Notes: generated by a model from the letters alone, not told the origin. A stretch of 64,000 nt of DNA from Octopus vulgaris (GCA_951406725.2 OX597815.1:167834001-167898000); one strand, 5' to 3'. Positions 1 through 14,155 are shown, counted from the first letter of the stretch. A program made the numbers and translations.

Positions 1-136
1 TTGTAAGAACTTTCTTCTCCAATCTCCAGCCAGCAGAAACCTTTTCGTCCCTATCTTTCTACATCAGTAAAGCGGATGTTGATAGCAACAATAAATAACC
101 TCCATATACATCCATAGTGTCTGCCAAAACCAATGT

Positions 137-1117
137 CACCACCACCACCACCACCACCACCACCATCACCACCATCACTATCACCGCCATTAACACCGCC
201 ACCAACAGCATCATCACCACCACAATTAACGCTACTACTACTACTACTACTACTACTACATTTTTACAATAATTAAAATGCAAAAGTTAACTAAACCAAC
301 ACCACCACCACCACTAACAACAACAACAACCATGCCAATAACACCAGCATTAACACTACAGCTAACACCACCACCACTACTACTACTACTGCTGCTATTG
401 CTACTACTACAATAACAATAATAGCAACATGAAACCTACAACCGCCACCACCACCACTAATGCTACCGCCACCACTATTGTTTACAACAACTATACAAAT
501 GCCAATATCGTCAACACCACAACTAACACCACCAACAGCACTATCGCCTATACTAATACCAATAGCACACCGTCAGCACTATTACCAACGCTACAAACAA
601 TATAATTACCAACTCCACCACAAACACTGCCATCATACTGCCAACACTACCATCACCACCACTACCACCACCACCACAACCATCACCACCACCATCACCA
701 CCCCCACCCCCACCACCACCATCACCACACCATCATCACCGCCACCTCCACCATCACCACCACCACCATCACCAATACCGCCATGTCCACCATCACTACC
801 AGCACCGCCATCAACGCTATGACCACCAACACCACCAAAACTACCATCCCGACCATCACCGTCAATCCCACCAGTAGCACCAACCCTACCATCATCACCA
901 TCAACATCATCACCAATACCGCCACCAACACCACCATCACCACCATCACCACCAACACCGACGTCACCAACAACATCATCACCAACGCCGCCACCAGCAT
1001 GAGCAACAATACCAACACTACCATTATCCTCAACACCAATACCAATATGACCAACACCACTGACATCATCCCCACCCAAAATATCACGACCAACACCCGT
1101 ATCTCCATCTTCATCAG
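137..1117. repeat. Degenerate ACC/ACT/AAC trinucleotide low-complexity tract
   Basis: Mosaic of (ACC)n, (ACT)n and (AAC)n; explains the overlapping Thr/Pro/Val/Gly-rich ORFs. Confidence 0.9.
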
Positions 1118-1227
1118 CAGCAACGACCCCTTTAATAAAAACGAGTCAATAATAAAGCCTTTACGTCCATAAGCTCACTTTCATATGCTCGAAATAGCAG
1201 CCAAATTTCTTTCAAATCATATTATTC

Positions 1228-1386
1228 AGGCGCAGACATGTGTGGTTAATAAACACGTTCTGCAACATGCTGTTTCGGGTTCAGTGTCACTGTGTGACAC
1301 CTTGGGCAAGTGTTTCCCATATAACCCAGTGCTGACCAATGTTTGTCAGCGAATTTGTTAGACGGAAACTGTACGGAAGCCCTCGT
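1228..1386 (+). mobile_element. Decayed 5' half of SINE family B (tRNA head, CORE-like)
   Basis: GGCGCAG...TGTGTGGT...GGGTTCAGT...CCTTGGGCAAGTGT...GACGGAAACTG aligns by eye with the reverse complement of 6757-6921. Confidence 0.75.
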
Positions 1387-1664
1387 AATGTATGTGCGTG
1401 GGTGTGTGTTAAAGTGTGTATGTGTGTGTGCATGTGTGTGTGCATGGTTTCCTTTTTCCTCAATATTTTCTTTGTTTAGATTTTATTTTTTATTTTTACC
1501 TTTTCTCTCTGTCTTTCTTACCCGCTTTTCTCTATCAGATGACTTTGTAAATTAACAATCTGATGTGTTTATTTTAATGGCTTACCAATGTATACAGTGC
1601 CCTTCTCTGCTCTAGGTGTAAGGAAGACTCTCGGCAAGAAATGGAAATAGAATTGAAAGAAGGT

Positions 1665-2285
<621 letters not shown>

Positions 2286-2369
2286 TAAAAGTGATTGCAG
2301 AGGGAACCACTGCCCAGTTTAAGAGGAACTGGTTTAGCGGCACCTCGTCAATATTTCAGTACTGAATAA

Positions 2370-2548
2370 GGCGGTCAGCTAGCAGAACGTTAGCACGTCT
2401 GTCTTTACGTTCAAATTCAGCCGAGGTCGACTTTGCCTTTCATCCTTTCGGAGTCGATAAATTAAGTACCAGTTGCGTACTGGGGCCGATCTAATTGACT
2501 GGACCCCTCCCCAAAAATTTCGGGCCTTATGCCTAGGGTAGAAAAGAA
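2370..2548 (+). mobile_element. SINE family A (short-tail form)
   Basis: Head GGCGG..AGCT.GCAGAA, B-box-like GTTCAAATT, central GTCGACTTTGCCTTTCATCCTTTCGG.GTCGATAAATTAAGTACCAG. Confidence 0.9.
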
Positions 2549-4094
2549 TATTTTAGTACTGATTGAATTTTCATTAGTACAGCAGTAACATCTGATATTT
2601 TTCAATGTTTCATTAATACGTCACTATACTTCAGTGGTGATTCAATTCTAACTTATAGTACTCGTGTAACGTAGCCTCACAGGTCAGCCATCATTTTTTT
2701 TCAGTTTTCAATGATACTTCGGCTGTAATTTACTGATACCCTAAAAGTGTTTTACAAATTTCTTAATTGCAATTTTGTGTTGCTTAACTTCTTGCTTAGA
2801 TACCCTTTCAGTGTTATTTAAGGAACATTCTAGTAACATGTTATCAGTACTGTATTGATGCTGAAATTTAAATTGAATAGGAAATTCAAATTTATTGCTT
2901 TACACAAGTATTAAACTTGTTTTGTTGTTTTCTAAACATGTACATGTAATGTGTATGTATGTGCGCACGTGTGTGTCAGTGTTTTTCAGAAGGACAAATT
3001 GTTTTACCCCGCTCGACTATATCTTGCATTTTATTTCACTACATTCCATTTGTCGTTTAATATCAAATCGGTGTCAAGAACTACATTTATTTTCTCACGT
3101 AATCTCACTCATGTCATCAAAGATTAAATTTCCCATTATCAGCAGTTGAACATACGTTCTAATCCCTTCGTCAAGTATTGAAACCTCATACATACAATCA
3201 AAGTTTAAAAGATACTATATACCCTCTAATTTCTATTTAGATTATCGACAGTAAATCCTACTCTGCGTACATATTATCAATAATTGAAATATCAGTGATA
3301 GAAACGTCCTCACTCAGCTATATTGATTGAAATCTCCCATCCTCTACTCTGTCTGTCTCTCTTTGGTATTACATTTCTCTCCTTAAGTCTCCCTATATTT
3401 CTATCTCTTCATAACCTCTCCCCCTTTGCATCTGTATTTCTTTCTATTTCTCCTTCCTCTCGTTATCAATGATCGACATTTTTTTAGTTATTTTTTTTTA
3501 TTTTAGCGATGTCAGATTTTAAAATCAGATTTACATACTTCTTTTTGTTTTTATTTTGTTTATTCTTGCTTTAACTTCGGTTGTTTTTAGTATTTTTTTT
3601 TTCTCCGGAAGCCTCTTAATGTTTCCTGCCGAACTGGCTCAGAACTCTGTGACTGTCTTTGCGTAATTCTAACATTCCGACATCTATCTTGCTCGCCAAG
3701 ACTTATACAGAATAAAACTGGGCTAGATAAACAGTCCTATGATGATATCAACGGAGCAAACGATATTTGACGGCGGGAAATTGGATACTCTGTTGAATTT
3801 ATGGTTTTTGTCAACCCTAGTCCACCCTTTTATTCTTCAAATAACCATGAAGTACTAAAATAACATTCTCACCATCATCAGTATCAGCAGCAACAGCAGC
3901 AAAAACAACAACAACAGCATCTACAACAGAAATAACAATAATATTAGTGAACATTTTTCACTGTAGACACAGTGACTTAGATATGTAGGAAAGAAATACG
4001 AAAGCGGAATTTATGACAATTATAATCTTCGCATGTTCGTTATTGAACTGGGCAGAATCGAAACTAAGTTGCAGGAGCAGTTAGTTGATACCAT

Positions 4095-4302
4095 GTTGCA
4101 AATTGGTTTCAAATATAGGCATAAGGGACGAGGTAAGTCGATTACATCGACCACAGTGCGAAATTGGTCCTTTGTTTTATCGACTCCGAAAGGATGAAAG
4201 CCAAAGTCGACCTCGGCAGGATTTGAACTCAGAATATCAAGACGGACAAAATGCCGTAAGCATTTTGCCCAGCGCACTAACGATTCGGCCAGTTCGCCGC
4301 CT
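4095..4302 (-). mobile_element. SINE family A
   Basis: Reverse complement of family A (GGATGAAAG.CAAAGTCGACCTCGGC..ATTTGAACTC...CGCCGCC). Confidence 0.9.
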
Positions 4303-6103
4303 TAATACCACGCTACATATTAAAATTATAAAATGATATCAAGTTCTTGCTTAAGCACAAGTCCAGAAACTCAAGTGACCCCACAGAAACTTGTGGGATT
4401 AGAATGATCGCATTACTTGAGTGGCACTTTATTTCATCGATCAAGAAACGATGAAAGGCAAAGTTGAACTTGGCAGGATTTGAAGTAAGCGTGAAATGTC
4501 TTGGAACAAACCAGACGCCATAACTGCACTATTACTTTTACTATAATACCAGCATGTAAAAAATTTTGTTATCCGAAAGGAACATAACCGATAGATTTAA
4601 ATTATCTAATTGAGATGTCAGCTCTGATTAAGTCAGGTATATGTGGTAGGTTTCTTTCCACTTTACTTTCTCTGATCCCCAGCCGTGGTCAATAATTTGG
4701 AAACGAATAGTTTCCAAGATATCCTGCTAACCTTACTACATAATAATGAATCCTTCGGTGAGAAACTAATGGTTTGTAAGATGTTACAGGGCTTTTCATT
4801 ATATATCATAAACGATAAATGAAAGGTCAACTTGATCCCGAAAACTTGTCAGCTATCTTTATGAAAATATTTTCGTTTTAGTCTTAATCAAAACGAATAT
4901 TTTCATGAATCTAACTTTCGACAAATGAGGATATTAGATAATTATCACTAATTCTCAAACTTTATGCGGTTTAATATGTGCTTCATTTCAACATTTTTTT
5001 GTTTTTTCATTTGGATTTCATAACTATTTATGACGGCCTTACTCAGTCTTCGTTATGTACTAAAACTGTTTATAGACCAAAATTATGTCAGTAAAAATAT
5101 AATATTTCCCCCTCGGAATTAAAAATTTTGCTGAGGGTTGTTTTCATATCATTGATGTCTTTGAAGCCTTATACGTTGATCTTGATAAACGAGATAAAAT
5201 CATTTTGAAGATTAAAAAACTTACATAGAAAACAAGTTTATTTAGTTTTGTCTGTGTAGTTATGGAGAGTTGAGAAACTTGTGGAGTTAGAAAGAAAATT
5301 AGGATCTTGTGAAGTTGACGAATTCAGACTTCATGGGTCCAGTTAATCTTACGGAAATGTAAGTTTAAAGTTTTTGAACAGAGTGCTCAGCAGTGGGAAG
5401 TACAGTGAGAAAATGCAAGTGTTATCTATTCTAAATTTGAGTTCATAATAAAAATAACAAAGGCTGAATGATCTGTACCACGAGATAATAATCATTGTGA
5501 AAGGAATTAAAGACATTTTATTCATTCAAACTCTATTTATGACATATAAATGCCTCTATCGATCAAAACTGGCCATTTATCTGTGTACGTATGCACAGGC
5601 CTGGGAAATGCTACCATTTTTGCAGACTGGCAGTCTTTCACCTGCATGCTTGTCTCCCAGCGTCACGCCAACATTGCTGTGCAAGTGAACTGTTTCAAGA
5701 TCGATACAGCTTGGTATCAGTGTTGTTTCAGGATTTATATATTACTGTTCCTTCCGATGATGGGCTGAATGATAATATAATTGAAATTTGTATTATTTCA
5801 TATACATTCACTAACACCAATATACTTCATGTACGTGCACATACACTGAACAATGCTCATTTACTAATTACCGAACCTTAGAAACAGCTGTAGAGAATTT
5901 CTTGTATTCTCCTACGCTTATTTATGAGGTAGAGTTACGAACTTTCCAGATATCTAGCTACATGAACTTTCCAGATATCTAGCTAGATGAAGTACAACGA
6001 AGAACTACTTGGATTTTCCTCCCCTTTTATCTGTAATATTTAGTGTATGAACTTTCCAATATCCTATCTAGGAAGAGATACAATGAACTTTTGTTTTCTT
6101 GGT

Positions 6104-6161
6104 TGTATGTATGTATTTATGTATGTATGTATGTATGTATGTATGTATGTATGTATGTATG

Positions 6162-6192
<31 letters not shown>

Positions 6193-6370
6193 GTACGTAT
6201 GTATGTATGTATGTATGTATGTATGTATGTATGTATGTATGTATGTATGTATGTATGTATGTATGTATGTATGTATGTATGTATGTATGTATGCATGCAT
6301 GCATGTATGTATGTATGTATGTATGTATGTATGTATGTATGTATGTATGTATGTATGTATGCATGTATGT
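6104..6370. repeat. (ATGT)n microsatellite
   Basis: Directly visible; source of the MYVC/HTYI ORFs. Confidence 0.97.
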
Positions 6371-6515
6371 ATCTGCATACAACAAGCAATGCGCTGGAGT
6401 GTACGAGACACATCAGATGATTTTGAGTCAGCAATCAACATACAGTGAGCATCATATTATATCTTTAAACTGAAACACCGAGGATATTAGCCGCTGTATT
6501 ACAAAAATGCATACA

Positions 6516-6716
6516 TTTTACTCTTTTACTTGTTTCAGTCATTTGACTGCGGCCATGCTGGAGCACCACCTTTAGTCGAACAAATCGACCCCGGGACTTA
6601 TTCTTTGTAAGCCCAGTACTTATTCTATCGGTCTCTTTTGCCGAACCGCTAAGTGACGGGGACGTAAACACACCAGCATCGGTTGTCAAGCAATGCTAGG
6701 TAGACAAACACAAACG

Positions 6717-6750
<34 letters not shown>

Positions 6751-6921
6751 CATATATACGACAGGCTTCTTTCAGTTTCCGTCTACCAAATCCACTCACA
6801 AGGCATTGGTCGGCTCGGGGCTATAGCAGAAGACATTTGCCCAAGATGCCACGCAGTGGGACTGAACCCGGAACCATGTGGTTGGTTAGCAAGCTACTTA
6901 CCACACAGCCACTCCTGCGCC
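6516..6921 (-). mobile_element. Full-length SINE family B (tRNA-derived head, CORE-like block, internal TA/TG microsatellite)
   Basis: Minus strand begins GGCGCAGGAGTGGCTGTGTGG (A box), GGTTCAGTCCC (B box), TTGGGCAAATGTC; ends CCAGCATGGCCGCAGTCAAATGACTGAAACAAGTAAAAGAG; many other copies in the window. Confidence 0.92.
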
Positions 6922-7451
6922 ATTTTTTTTTTTTAAACTTAAAATACCAATTAACGTTCTCTCCGTTTCTTATTACTATACTTATATACATGTGTGTGTG
7001 TGCGTGTATGTGTGTGTGTGCGTGTATGTGTGTGTGTGTGTGTGCGTGTATGTGTATGTGTGTGTATATAAATCATATAAAGGGCACGGATAAAAACAAT
7101 ATAGTAAGCAATCTATATATACACACACATACAAAACACATAGACACGCGTAGATATAGACACGTGTACACACACACATACATACAGACGAACACACATA
7201 CAAGCGCAAACGCATGCGCAGATAAGGATACTAACCATAGAAAGACAGAATGGACTAAGCAGAAAAGAAGAAGATAGGTGGGGTAGAAGAGTCGCTTAAG
7301 AGGTCGCAAATGTGTGACGAAAGATTTCCAAACAATGGACATGAGATAAAACAAGAACAATACTAAAGGAGTGAAGAACGAATATATATATAGTGCGTGT
7401 GTTTTATTTGGCAAGAAAAAAATGACCTTAACAATATATATATGAGTAAAT

Positions 7452-7830
7452 ATATTGGTATCACCTTCAAAATACATCCAAGGCTTGGACCACGTGCCAT
7501 CCGTCCACAACAAAAATCTAAATCGCATCACATAACGACAATACGGCACAACTATTTCACCTCAATTGGACCCGCTCCCTTCAACATTACACCAGGACAC
7601 GTCAAAAAAGAAACTGACCACACAAAATTCAAGAAGTCTTTGGACAAATTCCTTCAAACAGTCCCGGACAAACCACCCACACCCGGATATGTCTCCGCAA
7701 ACAATAACTCTCTGCTCGAATGGGCCTTGGTGCCCAAATCCTGAATTAAAAGACTTCGCCAGGTGGTGCTATTAAGTTAGACATAGCCTGGGCCAATACT
7801 GGCCAAAACCTTTCTAAGTTATTCTAAGTT
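7452..7830 (+). mobile_element. 5'-truncated CR1-group LINE, 3' end of ORF2 plus 3' UTR
   Basis: ORF 7397-7744 ends FTSIGPAPFNITP...FKKSLDKFLQTVPDKPPTPGY...NSLLEW, a CR1-group C-terminal pattern; tail is a short tandem repeat TTCTAAGTTA x2. Confidence 0.8.
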
Positions 7831-7877
7831 ATCTATATGTATGTATGTATGTGTGTATGTATGTATGTAAGCATGTA

Positions 7878-7907
<30 letters not shown>

Positions 7908-7911
<4 letters not shown>

Positions 7912-8195
7912 ACTGTGGCGACTCCGGCAATCGGGCTGTTCGGGCTTAGTCCGAGCATAAATTTAGTAAAGTGAACGTGTATTTGCAAGCTCATTTAATA
8001 TCTACCAGCACTGACTTCAAGTATGTAATTGCAACCAATAACTCGGGCTCCTTTTATTGAGCCTGGTCGCAGTTAATTTATTTTCGTTCAGTGTCAGGCA
8101 GTGTCTTAGAAGTGCCCTGTGTCAAAAGATACTATTCGTAGCAGACGTTCTCTCGATATCGTTCTCACACGCCTGACTCGAGCTCAGAAGTTACA
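7908..8195. mobile_element. Probable solo LTR
   Basis: 288-bp higher-complexity segment bounded by 7-bp inverted termini TGTAACT...AGTTACA; AATAAA on the minus strand; no TSD (left flank is (TA)n). Confidence 0.5.
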
Positions 8196-8318
8196 GCCCG
8201 AGGTGTTATCTATAAACGTAAAAATTAAAAGTAATTCAAATTCAATGTTTTTCCTGGAGCAATAAATCTCTGTAGGGATTAGAATTTAAATTCCAAACTA
8301 TGAAAAGTTTCCGTTCTA

Positions 8319-9564
8319 TTAGGTTATCAAGAAAGTTCTTGCGGTCTTTAACCTTTAAATTCAGATGCACATATCACGGCTCAAACAAAACTTAATCGAA
8401 ATAAACAACGCGAAACAAGTTTATTTATGCCAGTAGCATTAAAATCCTGCTTTCTGGTGGCGATGAAGTCGTTGAAGGCATGTTTGACATCGTCTTGGTT
8501 TTTGAAGCATTTCTCAAGCAGGAAGTTGTCGAGATGCTTGAAAAAGTGGTAGTCGGTTGCCGAGAGGTGTGGTGAGTATGGCGGATAAGGCAGAGTTTCG
8601 TAGCCCAATTCGTTCAACCTCTGCTGGGTCAGTTGTGCGATGTGCGGCCGAGCGTTGTCGTGGAGAAGAATTGGTATTTTTCTATTGACCAATGCTGGCT
8701 GTTGTCGGAATTTCTTATACATTTCATCCATTTGCTGACAGTCCTTCGCCGAAACGGTTTCGCCTGGATCCAAAAAGCTATGATCGATGAAACCGGCCAC
8801 AGACCACCAAACAGTCACCATGAAGTTCTTTTAGTTCAACTTTGGTTTCAGGAAGTGCCGCGGAGCATCGTCGGCGTCCAACCACTGAGCTGAGCGAGCG
8901 TCGCTGGTTATCGTAAAGAATCCACTTTCATCGCAAGTCACAATCCGGTCGAGAAACGGGTCGTTCTTGTTGGGAAGACGACACTTCAAAACGACGGGGT
9001 TTTTTTTAGTTTTTCTTTTTGTCTTTTTAGTTGTCGTTCAATTCGTGCGGCACCCATATTTCTCAAGTATTTTTGTTTTCCAATCTCTTTTAAGTGGTTG
9101 GAAATTATCGTATGCGTTACATCTAGTTCAGAAGCAATCTCTCGAACAGTTGTGCGTGGATTGGCTTCCACTAAGGCTCTTAGTTGATCGTTGTCAACAT
9201 CCGATGGCCAACCACTTCGCTTATCTTCAAGACTCTCGTCACCGCTACGAAATTTCTTGAACCACCATTGTGCTTTACGTTCATTAGTGGTTGCTGGTCC
9301 AAACGCATATTAGATATCGCGAGCTGTTTCATCAGCTTTTCGGCCTAGCTTGAACTGGAAGAAAATTGTGTGAATTTGCTTTTCAATGTTCCGGAAAAAA
9401 TGACCTGATTATTCATAAAGAAAAAGAGTAACACAGTTAGATAGAGCGAAAAACGGGTTTTAAAATGGTATAAAAAGTCAAAGTAATTTAACGAAAATTA
9501 ATTTCAAAATACATCATTTAAAAGCAAAATTTTAAATTCCGCAAGAACTTTCTTGACAACCTAA
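8319..9564 (-). mobile_element. Full-length decayed mariner (DD34D) transposon
   Basis: TIRs TTAGGTTATCAAGAAAGTTCTTGCGG / CCGCAAGAACTTTCTTGACAACCTAA, TA at left, ~1.25 kb; fragments EANPRTTVREIA, DRIVTCDE, LLHDNARPH, YSPHLSATDYHFF split by frameshifts. Confidence 0.95.
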
Positions 9565-9622
9565 TTAAGGCCAGCAATTCGGTTTAATACGAACGCGCCT
9601 AGTAGGTGTAAAAAACTTACTG

Positions 9623-9692
<70 letters not shown>

Positions 9693-9697
9693 GGGTG

Positions 9698-9730
<33 letters not shown>

Positions 9731-9789
9731 GTACATACATGTGTGTGTGTATGTATGTGTGTGTGTGTGTGTGTGTGCATGTGGGTGTA

Positions 9790-9872
<83 letters not shown>

Positions 9873-9884
9873 CATATATATATA

Positions 9885-10255
9885 CTAGCAGTATCGCCCG
9901 GCGTTGCTCGGGTTTGTAAGGAAAATAACTATAAAGCATTTTTAGAGAGTTATAGCCAAAAAATAGCAAAAAAATGGGAAAAAAATGATGGTAAATGTTT
10001 TGAGTTAAAAAGGTCGAGTTGCGTCCCCTAGACAGTCTGTGGTTTGTGTTTCTGATTCTCGACCCCATGTCGAACTTATCGATTTTTCAGAACTGGGGGA
10101 ACTTTTCAAAATTTTCGCTGCGTTAGTTTTGAATTATGACATTGGGTTATGTGTGTTTCAAGTTTCATCAGAATCGGTTGAAAGCCGTGGTCAGGGTGAG
10201 GGTACAAGCAAACAGACACACAGAAACACACACAGACAAACTGCCGTTTATATAT

Positions 10256-10258
<3 letters not shown>
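9885..10258 (-). mobile_element. Non-autonomous Helitron, family 1
   Basis: Minus strand starts TC, ends with hairpin CCCGAGCAACGCCGGG then CTAG, inserted between A and T; near-identical to 46125-46495. Confidence 0.9.
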
Positions 10259-10322
<64 letters not shown>

Positions 10323-10349
10323 CATGTATGTATGTATGTATGTATGTAT

Positions 10350-11000
10350 AAAATTATCCATGCAAACATACTAATTTGGAACACAAAGCAATAGACATTT
10401 TCAAAGATACGAACGAAATATTCATTTTTAAACGATACAAAAATATGTACATCCCCAAAGCATAACTCTTCCGCCGCTGTCTTTATCGGTAAGCACGGTG
10501 CAATTGTCACTAATATCTTCACCTGGTCGTCGCCATAATAGTTTAATAACATCTGACCCACACAAGTTGATTTTAGTCTCGCCAGAGAAAAGAATTTTAT
10601 TCCCAAACTCTTTATTCTTACACACATAGGTTTTGGCAAAAGAAAGACAACTTGATTTATGCCTGGTACTGAGGAGAGGCTTCCTACGAGGAATATGTCC
10701 ATGAAGACCACACTGGTTCAAACTTCGGTGAACTGTTTGGGTGGATACACTCTTTCCATTGACAAAAGAAACTTCTTGGTCAAAAGAAAAGCGGTACGAC
10801 GCCTGTCGTCCATCAACCAACGTTGGATGTGGCGAACATGACACGCTGTTAAAATAGAAGGACGACCTGAACGATGTTTATTGCTTAGCTGTCCAGTAGC
10901 TCTGTACTTCTGAATTACTTTGTCAACTGTGTTTACGCCTATATATATTTGTTTGCTAATTAACTTGTATCCTAAACCATTCTTGTGCTAATTAAAAATA
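10350..11000 (-). mobile_element. Internally deleted, truncated Tc1-like element (same family as 61920-63493)
   Basis: ORF 10428-10844 RRKPLLS...ILFSGETKINL...KDSGGRVMLWG; TIR portion matches 61990-62092. Confidence 0.92.
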
Positions 11001-11938
11001 GTTGAGGACTGATGAAAGGTTTGCTTAGTCCTTGATTTACAGTCGTGTTTAGTTATGTCTATATATGCTCTTTTTCTTCTCTATCCCTCTATACACTGGA
11101 CGTAAAACCTCTTTTCTGTGTGTCTCGTTTCGTTCTTTAAAAAATTACATTTTTTGTTAACGCCTTCTTCATATTACATTAAGTCCAGTTTCCAATGTGT
11201 ACACCTAGGCACGAATAAAAATCCAAGTTTAGGGAATGGAGCAGGTAAAATCCAAACTACATATATTTCCTATCTAGCAGAACCTCGGAAGTAGTAATTA
11301 CTCAGCGAGTGGTACTCCACTAGCTACTCATCAGGCCTAAGATACCGTAGTTAAATGAAGGTTACATTGTCGTCAAGGGATCCTAAGTTACCTTTCAATT
11401 ATAATTGAAAACTATATACTTTTAAGCATTTAAGGGAATAAAATAATAGAATAAAATCATCACATTTCTATATACAACGTAAACGTCAAACAGCTTATAT
11501 TTCGGCATCATAAATTCCATACCCATAGCTTATAAAACCACAAAGATAAACGTATTCCATCGTTTACCGTAGCGTATATGTATCTGAAAGCTTTTGTGAC
11601 GTGAAAATTTCTAAACAGTCTGCAACTGTTATCATCTATCTATTACGATATCATTCTCACAAAGACCACTTAGGCGTAACAGTTTCTTTTCTCTTCTCCG
11701 CTTCTACTTAGCTGCTGGGTAAAAGGTGATCTATCATTTTTTTTTTTTTTTTTTACATTTTCTTTTTGTACTTCTCTTTCTCTTATTCTTCCCTCTCATT
11801 CTATTTTTCTCACTATTTTCACAAAAACTGTTAGTACGCAATCCTCGATATGCCCTTATTGAAAAGAAATGCGATCTATAACTTCAGTTATTGTCATTAT
11901 TGATCATAAGAACGCTAGAGATGAGTCCCTTAAAAATA

Positions 11939-12124
11939 CCATATTTTCCAGCATACAGGTCGAATTTTTCAGGCCAAAATTTACCGCCAGAAATAATAGG
12001 TCGACTTATAAACCAAAAAAACTAAAAATGAAGTGTGAAATGTAGTTGGATCGGAAAAGATAATGACGATGTCTGAATTTTGCATCATATGTTTACAGAT
12101 CAACTTGTATGCCGGAATGTACGG
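11939..12124. mobile_element. 186-bp pogo/Tc2-type MITE
   Basis: TA|CCATATTTTCCAGCATACAGGTCGA ... TCAACTTGTATGCCGGAATGTACGG|TA: imperfect 25-bp TIRs with TA duplication. Confidence 0.8.
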
Positions 12125-12823
12125 TAAACTGAACAAAGTCGAAATTTGTTTCTTTCTGTATCAAAATATCTCGGGGGAAAGATTTTCAATTGAATTCAAA
12201 TCTTTATCTTGGCGAAATAATATTAAAAGGTACAATCGAAACAACACAACATGAGAAAATTATGTCCCAGTAAAGATTAAAAACACAGTTGCGAAAGAAG
12301 AGAAGTGATAAGGGAGCATATGGTATAGCCTTAATTTACACAGAGACATTAAGAAAACAGACATATGTTCAATCCCACTACGTTTCAATTTTTATTGACT
12401 TCCATGTTTTTTTCTATATATGTATGTAGATATGTGCGTATATTCAAAGAACTTTATTTAAAAAGTACACAAATGAAAAAAAAACATGATGTTTTATCTG
12501 TTGTGAGACGACGTTAAAGTGGGTATGAAAGCACAAGAACTTGGTAATTTATAACAGCTTTCTTCTGAAAAGCTGATTTATAGATGACCCTAAAATATAA
12601 TACAACACCCTTTAGCTCTACTTAATTTACGGCAGGTCTTATATGATAGTATACTCCCTGTTACAGTCCCTCGTCATTGTTCTTTTTTCTTATTATTTTT
12701 ATGGTTATTGTTGCTCTGAATTTATTTACGTCAAGCTCGGCGTGATGTAATTCCATTCACCGCACCTTTACTTCGTAGTAGCTTTAATATTGTAAACTTC
12801 TGTGCGTGTGTGTGTATGTGTGT

Positions 12824-12866
<43 letters not shown>

Positions 12867-12867
12867 T

Positions 12868-12899
<32 letters not shown>

Positions 12900-13178
12900 T
12901 TGTGTCCCCCACACCGAATGTCTCCTTCCCCTAATTATTTTTCTTATTTACGGCAGCCCCAGCGTGATATAATTACTTAAAATTGCTCGTGATCTGTTTA
13001 AATGGGAGATAGCACCATATGACATAAGCCTTACAAGTCTAGATTAGTTTTGATTTATGAAGGGACACTCTCTTTGACAATAATCAGAGACAAACTTTTC
13101 TGTTCACCATATCTGCATGCTATCACTCGCAAAAGCATTCCCACCATTACTGTTACTACAACGGCTATTTCCTGCAAC

Positions 13179-13237
<59 letters not shown>

Positions 13238-13422
13238 GAGGAGGAGGAGGAGGAGGAGGAGGAGGAGTTGCTGCTGCTGCTGTTGTTAATATAGTGGTAC
13301 CACTATGGATTTGGATTTCATAAGAAACATGATATCCGTTGAATAGCAAAAAACAACACCTCAACTGAAAAGTAGTCACTGGAATTCTTGTAGTAGTAGT
13401 AGTAGTCGTGGTGGTGGTGATG

Positions 13423-13454
<32 letters not shown>

Positions 13455-13512
13455 CGTGGTGGTGGTGGTGGTGATGGTAGTAGTAGTAGTAGTAGTAGTA
13501 GTAGTTGTAGTT

Positions 13513-13547
<35 letters not shown>
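13179..13547. repeat. (AGT)n/(AGG)n/(GGT)n microsatellite cluster
   Basis: Directly visible. Confidence 0.95.
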
Positions 13548-13548
<1 letters not shown>

Positions 13549-13706
13549 TAGATGCGAATAGTATTTCCAAGGACGAATTTATCAGCTGGAGTTCACTTTT
13601 GACATTCCTCAGATACCCTTTATTCGTTATTGAATTCGAATGAGTTTTAATTCTAGATTTTGGCTATCGAGGATAGATTTTCAATTGTTATTCTCACTAT
13701 GTATTT

Positions 13707-14106
13707 AAGGCGGCGAGCTGGCAGAATCGTTAGCACGCCGGGCGAAATGCTTAGCGGTATTTCGTCTGCCGCTACGTTCTGAATTCAAATTCCGCCGAGG
13801 TCGACTTTGCCTTTCATCCTTTCGGGGTCGATCAAATAAGTACCAGTTACGCACTGGGGTCGATGTAATCGACTTAATCCGTTTGTCTGTCCTTGTTTGT
13901 CCTCTCTGTGCTTATTCACTTGTGGATAGTAAAGAAATAAGTATTTCGTCTACCGCTACGTTCTGAGTTCAAATTCCGCCAAGGTCGTCTTTCATCCTTT
14001 CGGAATCGGGAAAATAAGTACCAGTTAAGTTCTGGGGTCGATGTAATCGACTAGCTCCCTTCCACAAAAATTTTCAAGGCTTTGTGCATAGAGTAGAAAT
14101 AATTAT
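13707..14106 (+). mobile_element. SINE family A dimer (long-tail unit plus headless short-tail unit)
   Basis: Complete head at 13707; second unit restarts at GTATTTCGTC (13941) directly after TAAAGAAATAA. Confidence 0.92.
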
Positions 14107-14118
14107 TATGCATATTTT

Positions 14119-14155
<37 letters not shown>

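Noticed and set aside
59-1172. Thr/Pro-rich mucin-like or Gly/Val-rich ORFs
   Set aside because: Open in several frames on both strands because of trinucleotide low complexity; no splice or domain evidence
5370-5770. Possible hAT C-terminal remnant (YSKFEFI, QRLNDL) and short Cys-containing ORFs
   Set aside because: Matches too short and in different frames; no recognisable domain
5938-5991. 25-bp tandem duplication GAACTTTCCAGATATCTAGCTA.AT
   Set aside because: Ordinary slippage-type duplication with no further structure
6047-6473. [12 protein letters not shown]-type ORFs here and throughout the window
   Set aside because: Translations of (ATGT)n, (TA)n and (CA)n microsatellites
13707-13800. 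tRNA genes
   Set aside because: A/B boxes belong to SINE heads; no complete cloverleaf and they continue into SINE bodies
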